A DNA stretch of 64,000 bases, from positions 1,116,001-1,180,000 of the forward strand of contig OZ025791.1 in assembly GCA_964019425.1 (NCBI GenBank). The letters run 5' to 3'. How positions within the stretch are numbered: position 1 is the stretch's first letter; each line of letters begins with the position of its first letter. The notes under the pieces are model-generated. The model was not told the origin of the DNA. It ran no database searches and was given only the letters and a program-made list of their open reading frames with translations. This document shows positions 1 to 12,765 of the stretch, one piece after another. The position numbers and the translations under genes are program-made. This DNA comes from Flectonema sp. DT1601 (taxonomy: Eukaryota).

Positions 1-121
1 GTCCTAAACACAACTAATCGATTGGCGTAGTTGCTACGCTGGACGCAGTTTTTGCCTTCGGGAAAAACAAACAATAAAGTACTACAGGCAAGATAATAAC
101 GTGAGAATTACTACTAAAATC

Positions 122-1105
122 TTAATCAGAATTGGTAGGGGAAGGTGGCATCATCAGTTTTTCTAGCCCTCTGGCCACAGCTTTTTCAGCGAGCATCGCA
201 TCTTTGGATTTCTGTGCTTCTTCAAAGTGTTTAGTCATAACCTTGTCTCCGACAGCGATTGCGTCGAATAATTCTTTCTGAAGGATTGAGTCAGCGTCTG
301 GTCCGTTTGCTTTGTATTCTAACATTGTGTCTTTAAATATTTGATAATCAGTAAATGATAATATCAAATTCCAAAGATCAGGTGAAACCTCATCCTTACG
401 CTCCTCCATCGTAGCAATGAATTCCTCAATATCAAAGGAAGGAACGATGCTGAGTTTCTTTGTTAAATAAGTATCCAGTTTCCGAATCCATGATTGGAAT
501 ATTGTGTAGAATTCCAACTTATTTTCTTCTTCGTCAGTAAATTGAGAAGCATACTTTGCTTTAAATCTATTTTGTAGATTACGAAAGTGGATATCTGCTT
601 CAATTGTTTCTTCAAGTACGGATGTCGCGAGTTCAAACATGTCGTAGGAGGTGTCGGTTGGTATTTTGAAATCTTTTTGAACGATGTCTGCGAGAACCTT
701 CGGATCAAAGTTAACATCTCCGATATCAGAAGTTGCTGAATCATCTGAAGGAATATCTATCTCTTCTTCCTCTTCCAGGTGTTCGTCTTCTTGACATTTA
801 AGTGGTTCTACAAGTGGTAGTGGAACGAGTAGTGTTTGTTTATCGTCTTTGGGTTTGCTTGTACTCGTCAATGAAATTTTGTTTTCGATACAGTCATTTT
901 GTTTATATCTCGCAGGAAGCATTTCATATGGGTTAGCTTTTATTTCCTTCTTTATCGCCTCAAGTTTTCCCTCAGTATGCTGCTGCCAACTTAGTTCTTC
1001 TTGTCTCCGTCTGGCTACCTGAGTAGCGTAGTCTTCTTCTTCTACTTCATCGTCGGATGTTGAGCTCTCGCTGGATGTGATTGATGACTGGTCACTGTCG
1101 TTCAT
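122..1105 (-). CDS. BART (ARL2-binding protein) domain protein with acidic N-terminal extension
   Basis: 327-aa ORF. The C-terminal half (FRNLQNRF..YASQFTDEEENKLEFYTIFQSW..FDIEEF..LILSFTDYQIFKDTMLEYK) matches the BART/ARL2BP pattern. Confidence 0.8.
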   Translation of the reverse strand: MNDSDQSSITSSESSTSDDEVEEEDYATQVARRRQEELSWQQHTEGKLEAIKKEIKANPYEMLPARYKQNDCIENKISLTSTSKPKDDKQTLLVPLPLVEPLKCQEDEHLEEEEEIDIPSDDSATSDIGDVNFDPKVLADIVQKDFKIPTDTSYDMFELATSVLEETIEADIHFRNLQNRFKAKYASQFTDEEENKLEFYTIFQSWIRKLDTYLTKKLSIVPSFDIEEFIATMEERKDEVSPDLWNLILSFTDYQIFKDTMLEYKANGPDADSILQKELFDAIAVGDKVMTKHFEEAQKSKDAMLAEKAVARGLEKLMMPPSPTNSD

Positions 1106-1799
1106 TTTTTATACTATATTTAATCTTGCTGTGAGTATCATAAATAATAAGTAGGAAATTGTAAATAATTATAACACAACAGATTGTAGTTTCAGGTCTC
1201 AAATAATCGCCATTAATTATTTATACTGTGAGGAATGAATAAAATACAATCACAAATAACACATCAAACAACACACAAACAGACTGAAAAGTGGGAGTAA
1301 CGTTTCTGTTGGGGAACGGGACGGGCAGGAGGTAGGAAAGGGGGCCCCTGGCTTTTTTTTTTTCGTTCTTTCGGGACTTTCTTTACGTTTTTTTTTCTTT
1401 CCAACCCACCCCATATTTCATCGTAAGATGCTTTCTGTCCACAACCAAAATTGAATAGTTGAGTACTTATCACAGCTATTGCAGTAAAAGACGAAATGCG
1501 CCCCTCCAGTAAAAAAATAAAATAATAAAAAAACAACTTTCGCTGCTCTGTAATTTTGCTATCTACGAAGTACTCGATTAGTAGACTGAAAGCCGTGACC
1601 GAATTATAATTTGAGCAATCGTCACATAAGGCAGGTGAGTTCATATTTAATGAAATGTTTTTTTTTTTTTTTTTTTTTTTTTTCCCGCAGCTAATTGCGG
1701 TTCAAAACACGTTTCACACCTACAAAGAAATACAAGCAGCAGCTTGATCTTATAAATAAAACATCCTTACAGCTTCTTATCGAGTCACAATAATGAAAG

Positions 1800-2068
1800 C
1801 GTCTTTAATGCAGCTGCAGTTACTATCATTAATTTTAGAACAGAAAAGTGAGAATAAGAAAAGTAGAGATTAGTAAAAGAAAAGTATTCATTTCTGCAGT
1901 TTCCTAACATCAAAAGGGTAATAGAATATGTAGTTTCAGGAGCCTTAATCTTATACTACTTGTCCCTTTTTAGTCCTTCATCAGTAAGTTCTAAGGGACT
2001 TCATTCTATGTTGAAGTTGCTATCGTTCAAAGATAAAAATCCATCGTCTTTAATGCAGCTGCAGTTAC
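1800..2068. repeat. Perfect 24-bp direct repeat flanking a 221-bp segment
   Basis: CGTCTTTAATGCAGCTGCAGTTAC occurs at 1800-1823 and 2045-2068. Confidence 0.85.
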
Positions 2069-3401
2069 GTAGACAGAGCCACATAAATGTTTTTTTGTAG
2101 TATGAGAAATGGGGTGGGTTTTCTACGGTCTGTTTTTTTTCGATTCGTTTCGTTTTTTTCCTCTCTCACTGCTTGATTCTGGCACAAAGCGACCATGGTC
2201 ACTTATATTTTTCGTTAGGGGGGAAAGGATAAAATAATTTGAGAAATATTTATAATGATATAAATATATGTATTTTGGTAAACACTCCACATTATTCTCT
2301 CTTTTTTTCCGCTGTTGTCATTTGGAATTCAGGTATTCAATAGCCGTAAGCTCTGCGAAAACACCACTGGCAGAGTGTAAGGTTCACCTACTAATTACTT
2401 GTTAAAATAAATATGACGACCTATTTTGCTAGTTCGTAGTACACTACCATCGGAACACTCACCATAAAACCCAATAGAGTATAGACATAAAATGTACAAA
2501 GGGAGGCACAAGAGTAACTACCGTAATACGGAATGTAGTGATACCGACTGATAGATGCACAAGTTGCAAACAACAGAATCAGAAAGTATATGATGGACCT
2601 TGCTTTGCTTTTATTGTTTTCCTCTGGTTGACCAACCAAATAATAAAGGGGGGGAATAAGATGGGGAGGGGGAGACATATAAAGCAAGTGAAGCATCGTA
2701 GATTATTATTTCCGTTGCTTTCGTCCAAGACCTGCAGTGATACACAAGCTGCATTCCAATCTCTAAAAAAAGATTATTTTTTTTCAAAAAAAAAAAAAAA
2801 AAAAAAAAAAGGGTAACAGTGAGAGATCAACACGTATGGCAAATTATTTCATTCCTTTACAACCGTTTTATTCTTATTTTCATATTTCAATGATATTGTG
2901 ACAAGTCCTACCAACCTGGCAAGAAGGGAGCTAACACGGCTCTTCAGTCTCTCCATTTATTATTTGGTTCAATTCGTTCGTTCACATTAACACACATGAA
3001 AAGGGAACGGTAAGGAGCAGGGGCAGAAGGGGAAAGGAGAACCGATGAAGGGGGAAAAAGAAAAAAACGCATCAAAATTAGAATTTTCGCTCACATGATA
3101 TGATTTATGTTTGTTCACGAAAAACTACGAAACCGTAGCTACCCAATCAAGGTTTCGGGGATGCTGTCTTACAGAATTTGCTTATTGCAAACAAAAGAAA
3201 AAGGGAGGGGCCTATTTATCATTTTGTGACAGGTCTCATTCATTTATAACATCCTTGTCTTAGAGTCTCACTGTATTCTAAATACAGGCATACTTTATTT
3301 TAGAAGAGAAGAAAAAAGAAAAAAAACGTCGCCTGCAAAGCAACTATTGTTTTTTTTAGTTTTCTTATGAGGAGAATCACGAACAAAAATAAAGAGACGG
3401 A

Positions 3402-3437
<36 letters not shown>

Positions 3438-4039
3438 AGAAGCCTGGTTAAGCATAAAAATAAATCTATGTTACTGCTCATGCTTGTTTATTTGTTTGTT
3501 TGTTTTGTTTGTTGCAAAAACTGTGATAACGTCGCATTTCAGAAGCTTGCTCTTTTTATTTATTTGTTCTTTTTTTGTTGTTGTTGCAGAAGGGGGGGTA
3601 ACTTGATACTATGATTAAATATAAAGAAAGGGGGGGGAACGTGGACCATGTCTCAGACTCAGTTCATTCGCAATACACGGGTCTTGGTAACAATAAGAAA
3701 GTCCAACGTTTCAATAAGGGAGAAACAAAGGTGGTCAACTCCCGTACAAACCTAGAATACCTCCCAAGACAGTATTCCAATTTCGCGATGTAATAAGACA
3801 ATAAACGTTTGCACAGAAAGCTCTGAGATATGGCGATTCAGAAAATCAACTATCTCAGTGCAGGATCGGTAGCAAGTCGTGAGATAAGGATGTCGCACGG
3901 TGAATAACCCTTGAGGTGTTGCCTTGAAATTCCAACTACTGTCACTTGGTTCTCATACACAACTAATACTCCCCAAAAACCATGTATGTAGCTAGTACAG
4001 GAACATCAAGTTCGATGCAATAGGAAGAGTTTTTTTTTT

Positions 4040-4405
4040 ATTTTCCTTTTAAACATAGAAAGACGTTGTATTTTACCTAGTGAGACTACCTCTCATCTAA
4101 AACAAAAAAACAACAGGGGGGGGTTGAATGTTTGAGTACTTAAGAAAAATTAAATATCTGTCAACAGAGGGGTTAATTATCGTCCGATTAAGATCCCGTA
4201 CTGTTGTATAACAACATAAAACGATAACTTAACAATCTGTTAAAAGACACAGTGACTATGGCGATGCTTAACTTAGTAGGTTTCGAGAGTAATCCATATA
4301 TCAGGGAAGGCATTTTTCTTTTTTAAAAAAAATAGGAAAAAGTTGTACTCAGTGAGACTGCCTCTCATCAAGAAAAAGAACAAAGGGGGGGAAAAAAAAC
4401 GTTTA
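4040..4405. repeat. Diverged tandem duplication, ~272-bp period
   Basis: AGTGAGACT(A/G)CCTCTCATC at 4079-4097 and 4351-4369 (18/19 identical). Both copies have similar flanks: GTTGTA upstream, an A-rich stretch then a G-run downstream. Confidence 0.7.
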
Positions 4406-5397
4406 AAAAAATTATTAGGAGTGGGTAAGCACACATTCTGGAACAAGTGAGGGACACTGTCAGCGAGATAGGTACATCACTTGATTTAAGTAAAAAAAAA
4501 AACAAAGAGCATCGCTATTGCAACATGATCTAAAAAAAGCAAAAGAAAAATGGGAGTCAGGCGAGACTTTACAGGAACGTTGTCTCGGAGACCATTGGGG
4601 AGAGGACCAACCCTAAAATACCCCTTAATAAGAAGAAAAACTAAAAGTATGCGTTCTTTTTTTTTTTTTTCCCTTACTCTTTTTGATAGATAATGAGCCC
4701 GACGAGACTTTTTTAATTATTTAATTTTTTTTTTTTTTTTTTTGTCTCGGACCGCTAACTAAAGTTAAAATATTAAAGCAAGCAGGAACCAAAAACAGCA
4801 GCAATATCGAAAGAGAAGAGGGGCCAGGAGAAATACAAAAAAAACGGACAAAGCCCGACGTATCATTCCGCACACGGGGAAAGAACGCCCATGACAACAA
4901 TAAGTTGCTAATAAGAAAAACAGGAATAGCTACGGGACCCAATGACCGAGTGTCAACGATGCCTAGGAGAACAAATAACAAAGACGTAAAAGAAGAAAAA
5001 AAAAGACAATTTTATTTTCTAAAAAGAACAGAAGGGGCAAATTGATACTTTTTTTTGAGGTCTTACAAGGGGGCAAAAAAAAGAAGTCAAAAAAAGAAAA
5101 AAGCTTTTTTTTTCTTTTTTTCTGTTTTCTGTTTTGTTTGCTGCTCAATTTCAAGTTTGTTTGCTAAACTACAGGACAGGAGGTTATTTATTTATTCTTT
5201 TTTTTTTTTTTTTGTAAAAAAAAAACATCAAAACAAGATGACATAAATCTGTTAAAAAACGACAACAAAGGATTCATTTACAACACAGCAATCAAGGTTG
5301 CCGTATGCAACTCAAGAAAGGGCACAAACAACCTGTTATTCGTCCTCTCCTCTTTTTCCAAGCGAAAAGGATTTACCGAACAGGAATCTACAAAAAA

Positions 5398-5793
5398 TAT
5401 ATATCAGTCATTCTCAAAATTACCGACCGCATGGCTCATTTTACCCCAGCTGTTCTTTAACGCGCCATGGATTTTTTTTGCCCGATTTCTTTTTTTTTTT
5501 AATCCAGACCTAGTCTATCTACCAAAACATGCCCTCGGATTACTTGACTTGTGGGCACTAAGCGAGAAAATGTCTTAAAATGGAAAACTCTCAGCCAGCA
5601 AAATTGGATCTATCATCAGGAGATAAATGGGCGGTCAAAAATGAGTTAAAGTTGCACCCATAGCTTTGGGTAGCATCTGGACTGCCACCTAAAGCTACCC
5701 CCGTACCAAGCAATCAAAGGTCTTTTTTGTCTGATTTTTTTTTTTTTTTGAAATCAAAGATGTGACGGTAATTTTGAGAATGACAGATATATA
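5398..5793. mobile_element. MITE-like non-autonomous element with 28-bp terminal inverted repeats
   Basis: Left end TATATATCAGTCATTCTCAAAATTACCG (5398-5425). The reverse complement of 5766-5793 is TATATATCTGTCATTCTCAAAATTACCG (27/28 match). Ends lie in TA repeats; no transposase ORF inside. Confidence 0.6.
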
Positions 5794-8700
5794 AATCAGT
5801 CAAAAAGAAAAATGAACTGTGACCAATTTCTGAAAAATGCACCAAATTTTTAAAAGAAAAATAAAAAGAATAAGATATTACTAAGCATGTAGTGACGTAG
5901 TAGTCTTTCAGGGGACTTACTTCGATACTTAGTGAAAACACCTGCACAACACTTTCCTTGTTATGATGTCACAAAATTATGATGAATTTGAGGTTCAGAA
6001 AGTGATAACATCGTAACCACTATGGTTAGTGTTGGCGGAAGAGCTCTCTGATTCCAAGGAAGTACGATCTGACTCCTCCGTGCTGAATACATCTGCATCT
6101 GTTGCTTAAGTTGCTCAATGGGTGTGAACGAACTTAGCAGAGTAATCAACAAAGATGACGCAGGTTCCGCCTGACATAATTCCAAGTATGAAAACAACTA
6201 AGTCAAGCACACATCTGGGGGAAAAGAAAAACTGGGTGAGAAAGTGGTGTCTTATGGTCACTGAAAAACATTTTGACTGAAACACATATGTTTATTTACC
6301 AACAGAAGAAAGGAAATCCATAACTCAAACAAGCAGTCCATGACTTCTCATAGACTCTAAGCCGTAAACATTACACAGGATAGGAATGGAGGGGTGATAG
6401 TTTGACAATGTAGTAATAAACTTTAAAATACTCAAACATGAGCAATAAAGTTAAACCGAGAAGTATGACAGAAGATTTAGCTTCAGTTCAGAATAGCAGC
6501 TAAATTGCTAGACAATGTATTACACTCGTACATAACAAGAACAATGTTAGTATAAGTATCCAGAAATCGTTGTTGAATCCGGCAGTTTGGGTGCCACGCG
6601 CTACAAGTTGAGCGCCGTGAACATCACATACGAGAGGAATAGAGGAAAGAGACAAAAAAGAAGAAAAAAAAACTGCCTGTTTCCAACATACAGGTATCGA
6701 CCTACGTGACACACATAGTGATGATAGTAGGATTATTTGCTTCTACAATTTAAGAAAAAGTTTCTCCTTACTCTTCGTATCTTATTCAGAACATCAGGAA
6801 ATATGTCTTGAGGCTTCCACCATGTGGAATAAATCAACTCAGCCGATAAAACAGATAAATCGATACAAACCTCTTCTTCTTCTTAAATATTAACAACAGC
6901 TTGCTTGATTAACAAAAAGAAGGGGGAAAAAAAAAAGAAAAAGAAAAAAATCAGAAGAAGAAGAAAAAAAAAGGACGAATTCAAAGAGGCAAGAGAGTTG
7001 GTATACATATTCAGGAAAATTACAGAGGAAGCGTAGAACAGAGAGAGTGATCGTGAACTTACTTATTAATTTGTGGTACCAACGCAATTGTTCTACTTGA
7101 GTACAGTTGCCTGAAGGTTATTGATTGACACATCAGGACTATATCCTAACACAAAAAAATTGAGCTTTTTCCCTTTACAAAAAAAAAAAAAGCGAAATCG
7201 CTGTTTTATTTGTTTATACAACTCGGAAATTTTTCAACTCAACAGGAGGACGGAAAGGGGAACAAAGAGCATCATGAAAAAATGAAAAGAAACGACTTTA
7301 TAGGCATAGCTTTTATATTTTCTAAAAATTGCTGTTGTCTGTGTGGTGACGTGACACCTGCATGAGATCTTTTGAGACTCAGATGATTATTTCAGTGATA
7401 GAAGTGTTTTTTTCTTTTTTTTTTTTTTTTTTTTTTTTTCTTCATCACATGTTTTTACGAGCGAAAGAGAATTGTGGCAGCGTAACATCAACACCTTACT
7501 AGGCTTGTTTCCGATTGCGCACAAATTTAAAAAAAAAAAAAAAAAACAGTGGAGAATTACTTAATATCGATTTTTTTTTTCCCACTTATGAATTATACAC
7601 TGCTGGTTAAGTTTCCTTCCAGGATTGGAAGATTGGCGTCTGTGTGGCGTTAATCATTTTTTTTTTGGCGGTAAAACAGTGTTATTTTTGTCCATTATCT
7701 TTTTTTTTTTTTCTTTCCAGCAAGTCAAACCTAAAGCTGGTTATTGCCATAAAAAACTTATATAAAAAGCACTTTTTTTCTTTTTTTTTCGTCCACAACT
7801 TTAATTATCATCTGCAGTCACTTTTTTTTTTTTTTTTTTTTGTTTGCTTGTATTTTAGTTAGCGTTTTAATGAATGTCACCATCTACAATAAATAAGACA
7901 ACACAATGAGAAACTTTCATTTTGTTTTTATAAGGTACATAAATAACAAGTTTCCAGCTTGCAAGAAACAGGGACTTTTCAGTTCTTGTTGCATGCTGCT
8001 CAATAGCGTAAAGCTGCCAGGGGGGGGACCTGAGGAGGGGGGTATTTCTGAACAGAATCTTCCAAATTGAAGCATATGTCAGTTGAGAGACTGAGAATAA
8101 TCAACCTCCACAAAGAAAGAAAGAAAAGAGGGGGAAATGAAATGAAATGAAATCAAACTAACGAGAACAGAGGAACTCGAAGCAGCTTATCGATTTAATA
8201 TTGGCTGGAACGTAAGTGTAGTATCTCGCAGTGAGTAGACACTTCACAGAGATACTTATTTCATTCGCAAATCTAGCCAACAGTATGCATTCGCACTACT
8301 AGTACTTTTCAAAGAAGATGACTCCGACATATTTTAAACTTAAAGGAGAAATACAAAACTCAATCAACAAACAAAAACCTCCGGAGACGACCGTGGCTCA
8401 TCTCAAGGGGGTGGTCACGGTTTTAGAAAACTGAAGTGAATACTTTTTTTTCCTTCTTATTAAAGTCAAGGAAAATCGAATTTCAGAAAACCCACAGTCA
8501 TCCCATAAGGCTCATCACAAGTAAGAACCAATAACTGAGGTAACCGCTGCATGCACCAAGCAGAGGCACGCCACCGAAAATAACAAGCTACCAACAAATA
8601 AAAAAGGAATTCAAGATAACAAAAAGAAAAAATCGTGATAAACGGGCTGAGGGGGAAAAGGGAAAGGACAAAAAAAAAAAAAACTTAGCAAAAAAAATAA

Positions 8701-9831
8701 TGTGGTCGCTACTAAGTCTCTGTTATAGATCAGCGATCACACAGTGAATCGAAACAACTGAAAAATAAAAATAAAAACCAGGCTAAATCGATTCAACACC
8801 GAAATACCGAAAAACGAGGAAAGAACAAAACAAGACTACAACTACAAGGAAAAAACTTCCCTATACATCTAAATTTAGAAAGGGGGAAGGGCAACATAAT
8901 CCATATGACATATTTGGAACGACCAACGGTTATAACAAATGAAAAAGTTTTTAAAAAAAAAAAAGAAGAAGAAGAAGAAGATAAAAAAAAAAGAAGGAGA
9001 AATAACAAATATGTATTCGTATCAAAGTTAACTAACATAAACAATTACTAATTTGATACATTGTTGACTAAAAGGTAATATCAGAAAAGGCAAAACACCC
9101 TTTGTCAATGTTATAAGACTCCACATAAATCAATGTTCCTAACTTATCTGCCGTGGTGTCATTCAGCGCAGGTGGTTATTCAATTGTTCAATGATCGTGA
9201 GTCCTGGAAAACAAATCCAAGCTAGAATGTGACATTAGAGTGTTAGCTTCACTTGTTAATTACTTGTCAAAAAAAACGACATTTTCGGGATTGGGGAGTG
9301 ACAGTAAGTACATTTCTGAAAATCCAACCAGCACTCAAAAAAAAAAAAAAAATAAAAAAAAAAAAGGCAATATGGCGCAGTGATTTCAATCTGAACTTAT
9401 TATTACCAATAGTAGAAACCATAATGTAAATTTGGTAACACGAGACAGGGCTTTTAGGCAACAAAAAAAGTGGGGGGGAAAAAGAAGAAAAAAAAAATGA
9501 TAACTGAGTAACCTGAGTTATCAAGTAATCGTGAAGACGCTTTCAAAAGCGCCGGGTTGAGAGGGGTGCCGTGAATAACTAGGGAAGCCCATGTCAATAC
9601 ATGAAACATGAAATCAAGTCTCAAAGAATATTAACTGAAACACAGTAACATAATCTAGGAAACACTCGCATGCTTGGAAAACTTAAAATTGTTCTTCACA
9701 ATCGTTTTCTCCCAAGGCGGGTTTTTTTTTTTTCGAACAAGTTTTTTTTTTAAAAAAGAAATATTAAAAAAAAAAAGAACACACAATTACACGCGAGAGT
9801 TTTCTTCGCACTAGTTTTGTATTTATGTAAC

Positions 9832-9873
<42 letters not shown>

Positions 9874-12727
9874 CCAAGGCAAAGTACATAATCACAACTA
9901 TATAAAAAAAAAACGGGGGTACTTTAAGATACACTTGTTGAGTTAATGAGGACAACTAAAGAAACATAATTATTTAATGTACCTGATGATCTGACACATA
10001 AAATACAGATTCATTGCAAGTACAAAATAAGGATTTCCTCCTTTTCTTTTCTTTTTTTTTTTTTTTGATCTGATTGCCGTTAGCAGAAGTGCCTTCAACG
10101 AAGTGATGTCTAAACTGTGAAAAGTTTTAGAGAATAAAGACATTTGTTAGTTATTTGAACTGACAGACTTGCCAATGGCAAAAACAAAATTAAAAAAAAA
10201 AATACATGCATCTTAGTCTAACGATGAGCATCAGCAATGAACACCACTAGAAGAAAAGCCACAAAAAAAAAAAAAAAAAAAAAAAAAAGGAGTTCACAAA
10301 AATATCATAAAATAGAGCAACCTCGACGTTGCTCATTGCGCAGCAGCAGCAAATATGGTTTTTTTTGTTCCTTTTTTTTTTTTTTTTTTTTCATATTCAC
10401 CCCACCGCCCTTGCAAAGGCTGTTTTGCACAAGGCTGTAGATAAGGAGAATAGGGTTTCAATATTTTTTTAATTTGTTTGGACAATATAGAGACAAAATT
10501 TCATATTATTCTGCACAGGTTTAAGAATAAAAATAGTTTTGCGGTTTCCCCCTTCGAAAAATAATCAAAAAATGATTATCTCCAATAATATTAGTTGCAT
10601 AATATGGAAAAAAAAAAAATTTTTTTCACAACACGGAGGTAGGTGATAGTATGATCAGGTAAAAAAGGAAATGTCTTAATTCAAACCTGCTTAGATTAAA
10701 TATCCAACAGCATCGTTGTTGTAGAGAAGGGTACAAGAATAGAGTTTAGTGAGATGAATGCTGTTGCTAATATTGTTGTTGTTATATTTTTTTTTTTTTT
10801 TTCTCATTGATAGTGCGAAGAAGAAGAACAAATTTCAATGGTGACACCTAGGACAAGGTAGGGTGAAACTTGCAACCAAGTAAGCGGGGATGCTAATTTC
10901 ATGTACCTTACATCAACATAGTGACGGGCACCACAAAATAATGATGAAACGGGCAATAAGAATTTCCTTTTTTTAAGAACAAATAAAAACTTCGAGTGAT
11001 AGAGATTTCACAAATGAAAAGGTTCCCACGAAGGTATCTTCTCGTGAGCGTCAAAAGAATAATATAAAGCGGATTCCGCTCAGACAGAAACGTGAAAAGT
11101 TGAAAAGCGTGACGGGTTCACGCGGGAGTCACCAGATAAGAAGCTTGGTGACAGGTAAATAAAGGACGGTAGCAAAAAAAACAAAAAATCAAAAACATAA
11201 TGACAGAAAACAGGCGTATTTCATGCTGAATAAAAAAATAAAATAAAGAAAAGGAAACAAAAACTGCAAGTGTGACTATTCTACAAGAAATACGCTGTTA
11301 TTTTATTGATTTGTTTCTTCTTCTTTAGAAGCACGCAGTTGTTTTTTTTTTATTATTATTTACTGGTATTCTATACTTCTTGACCTTAGCATCAGTGAGT
11401 TATTGTTCGCGCAAGTGGCTGGACAGTTGATCATAAGCAAATAAAGTAAATATCTGCGGAAAGTTACCAACTTGGAAGACTGCAGAGGCACAACCATTTC
11501 AGTTAGCTTTGGTATACCCTTAAAGGAAGACGAGGACAGCCTTGTTTGGTTTGCAGCTATTACCTTTATTGCTTTAATCAGATTACACATTGCACCTACG
11601 TCACTTGTCTGGATGAACGGTTCAAAAGAAACGTATGAGAACGAGAGAGATAAACTACCTCAAACAAAAACCCACAAAAAGAGCACTAACTTTTTTTCAC
11701 TTCCGAAACTCCAACTTACTATGTGGAGGTGAAGGGAAAGTGAACTTTTTTTTAGCCGCCTTCGTTTGGATTATGAAGAAATTTACAAAAAGAAAAGAGA
11801 AAAAAAAAAGAGTTTGCTAAATATAGTTTTTTTTTGGTGCAAGAAAATGACACACTATACGGTGCAAGCTTCACACACAAATCAAGGTAAGGCCATTTGC
11901 ATGTTTCCAATGCGAAAGGGGATGTGTGTGTAGAAGGTTAAGTATAGAAAAGTAGGAAAGACGACAGCGTCGGGTAAAAGAACAAAAGCATCCCACAGAT
12001 ATTCTTTTTTTATCTACCTTTTGCCAAATTAGTTTCTCTTTCTTTTCTTGTTCTCTCAAGTTTTTTTTTTTTTGTAATTTCACCCCGTGAAAGACACGTA
12101 ATAAAGACATCGGTGTCAGTTTTCGTGTCCAACGAATGAGTTAATAAATATAAAAAGGAGCAATACCAGAGCTGAAGACATTCATCTATCTCTGGAATCA
12201 GACCCTTGTTTTGCATATCGCAAGAGGAAAGGACTGACTATGTTCATGATTTGTGAAGGATTGATGTCACAAGCTCCGCTCCGTTTTTCAAGGTACTCAA
12301 TAAACAGGGGTGGAGTTCACAAGGGCGTAAGGTTAGGTCCTTGTATTTCTTGCCTATCCGCCCTCATTTGCCTGCTGCTTCCGCCAGTGTTCGACAAGTC
12401 GAGGAATAATAGAGCACCATCCCCAGTCAAATTCACAGCAGGCTCGCAGTCTCAGGAAAACAGTCACCGCTCATTCTGTCTAATATAAAAATAAAACCCG
12501 TTTTACCCTTGTTGACAGTGACCACACACATGTGCTAATTGTTAAGTATAAACCTTGATCGTCTCTATTAACAGGGTAGATACCATTCTTGTGTTCAGCG
12601 TTCAGCAGCCTCATCAAACATATGTCCCCTGGCTGCAAGAACCAGAACTGGAAATTAGATGCGGCTTGCCGACTGAGATTAAAAATAGTAACCAAAACAT
12701 GGGAGAATAACGAAAGGTGAGAAACAC

Positions 12728-12765
<38 letters not shown>

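Noticed and set aside
72..82. GTACTTTATTG on the minus strand, matching the 3' end of euglenozoan spliced-leader exons
   Set aside because: Only 11 AT-rich nt. The upstream SL sequence and the following GTATG donor are absent, so chance is likely.
5961..6197. 78-aa minus ORF in a homopolymer-free segment (similar segments near 3611-3793 and 12240-12488)
   Set aside because: No recognisable motif and no consistent splice sites linking them to a gene.
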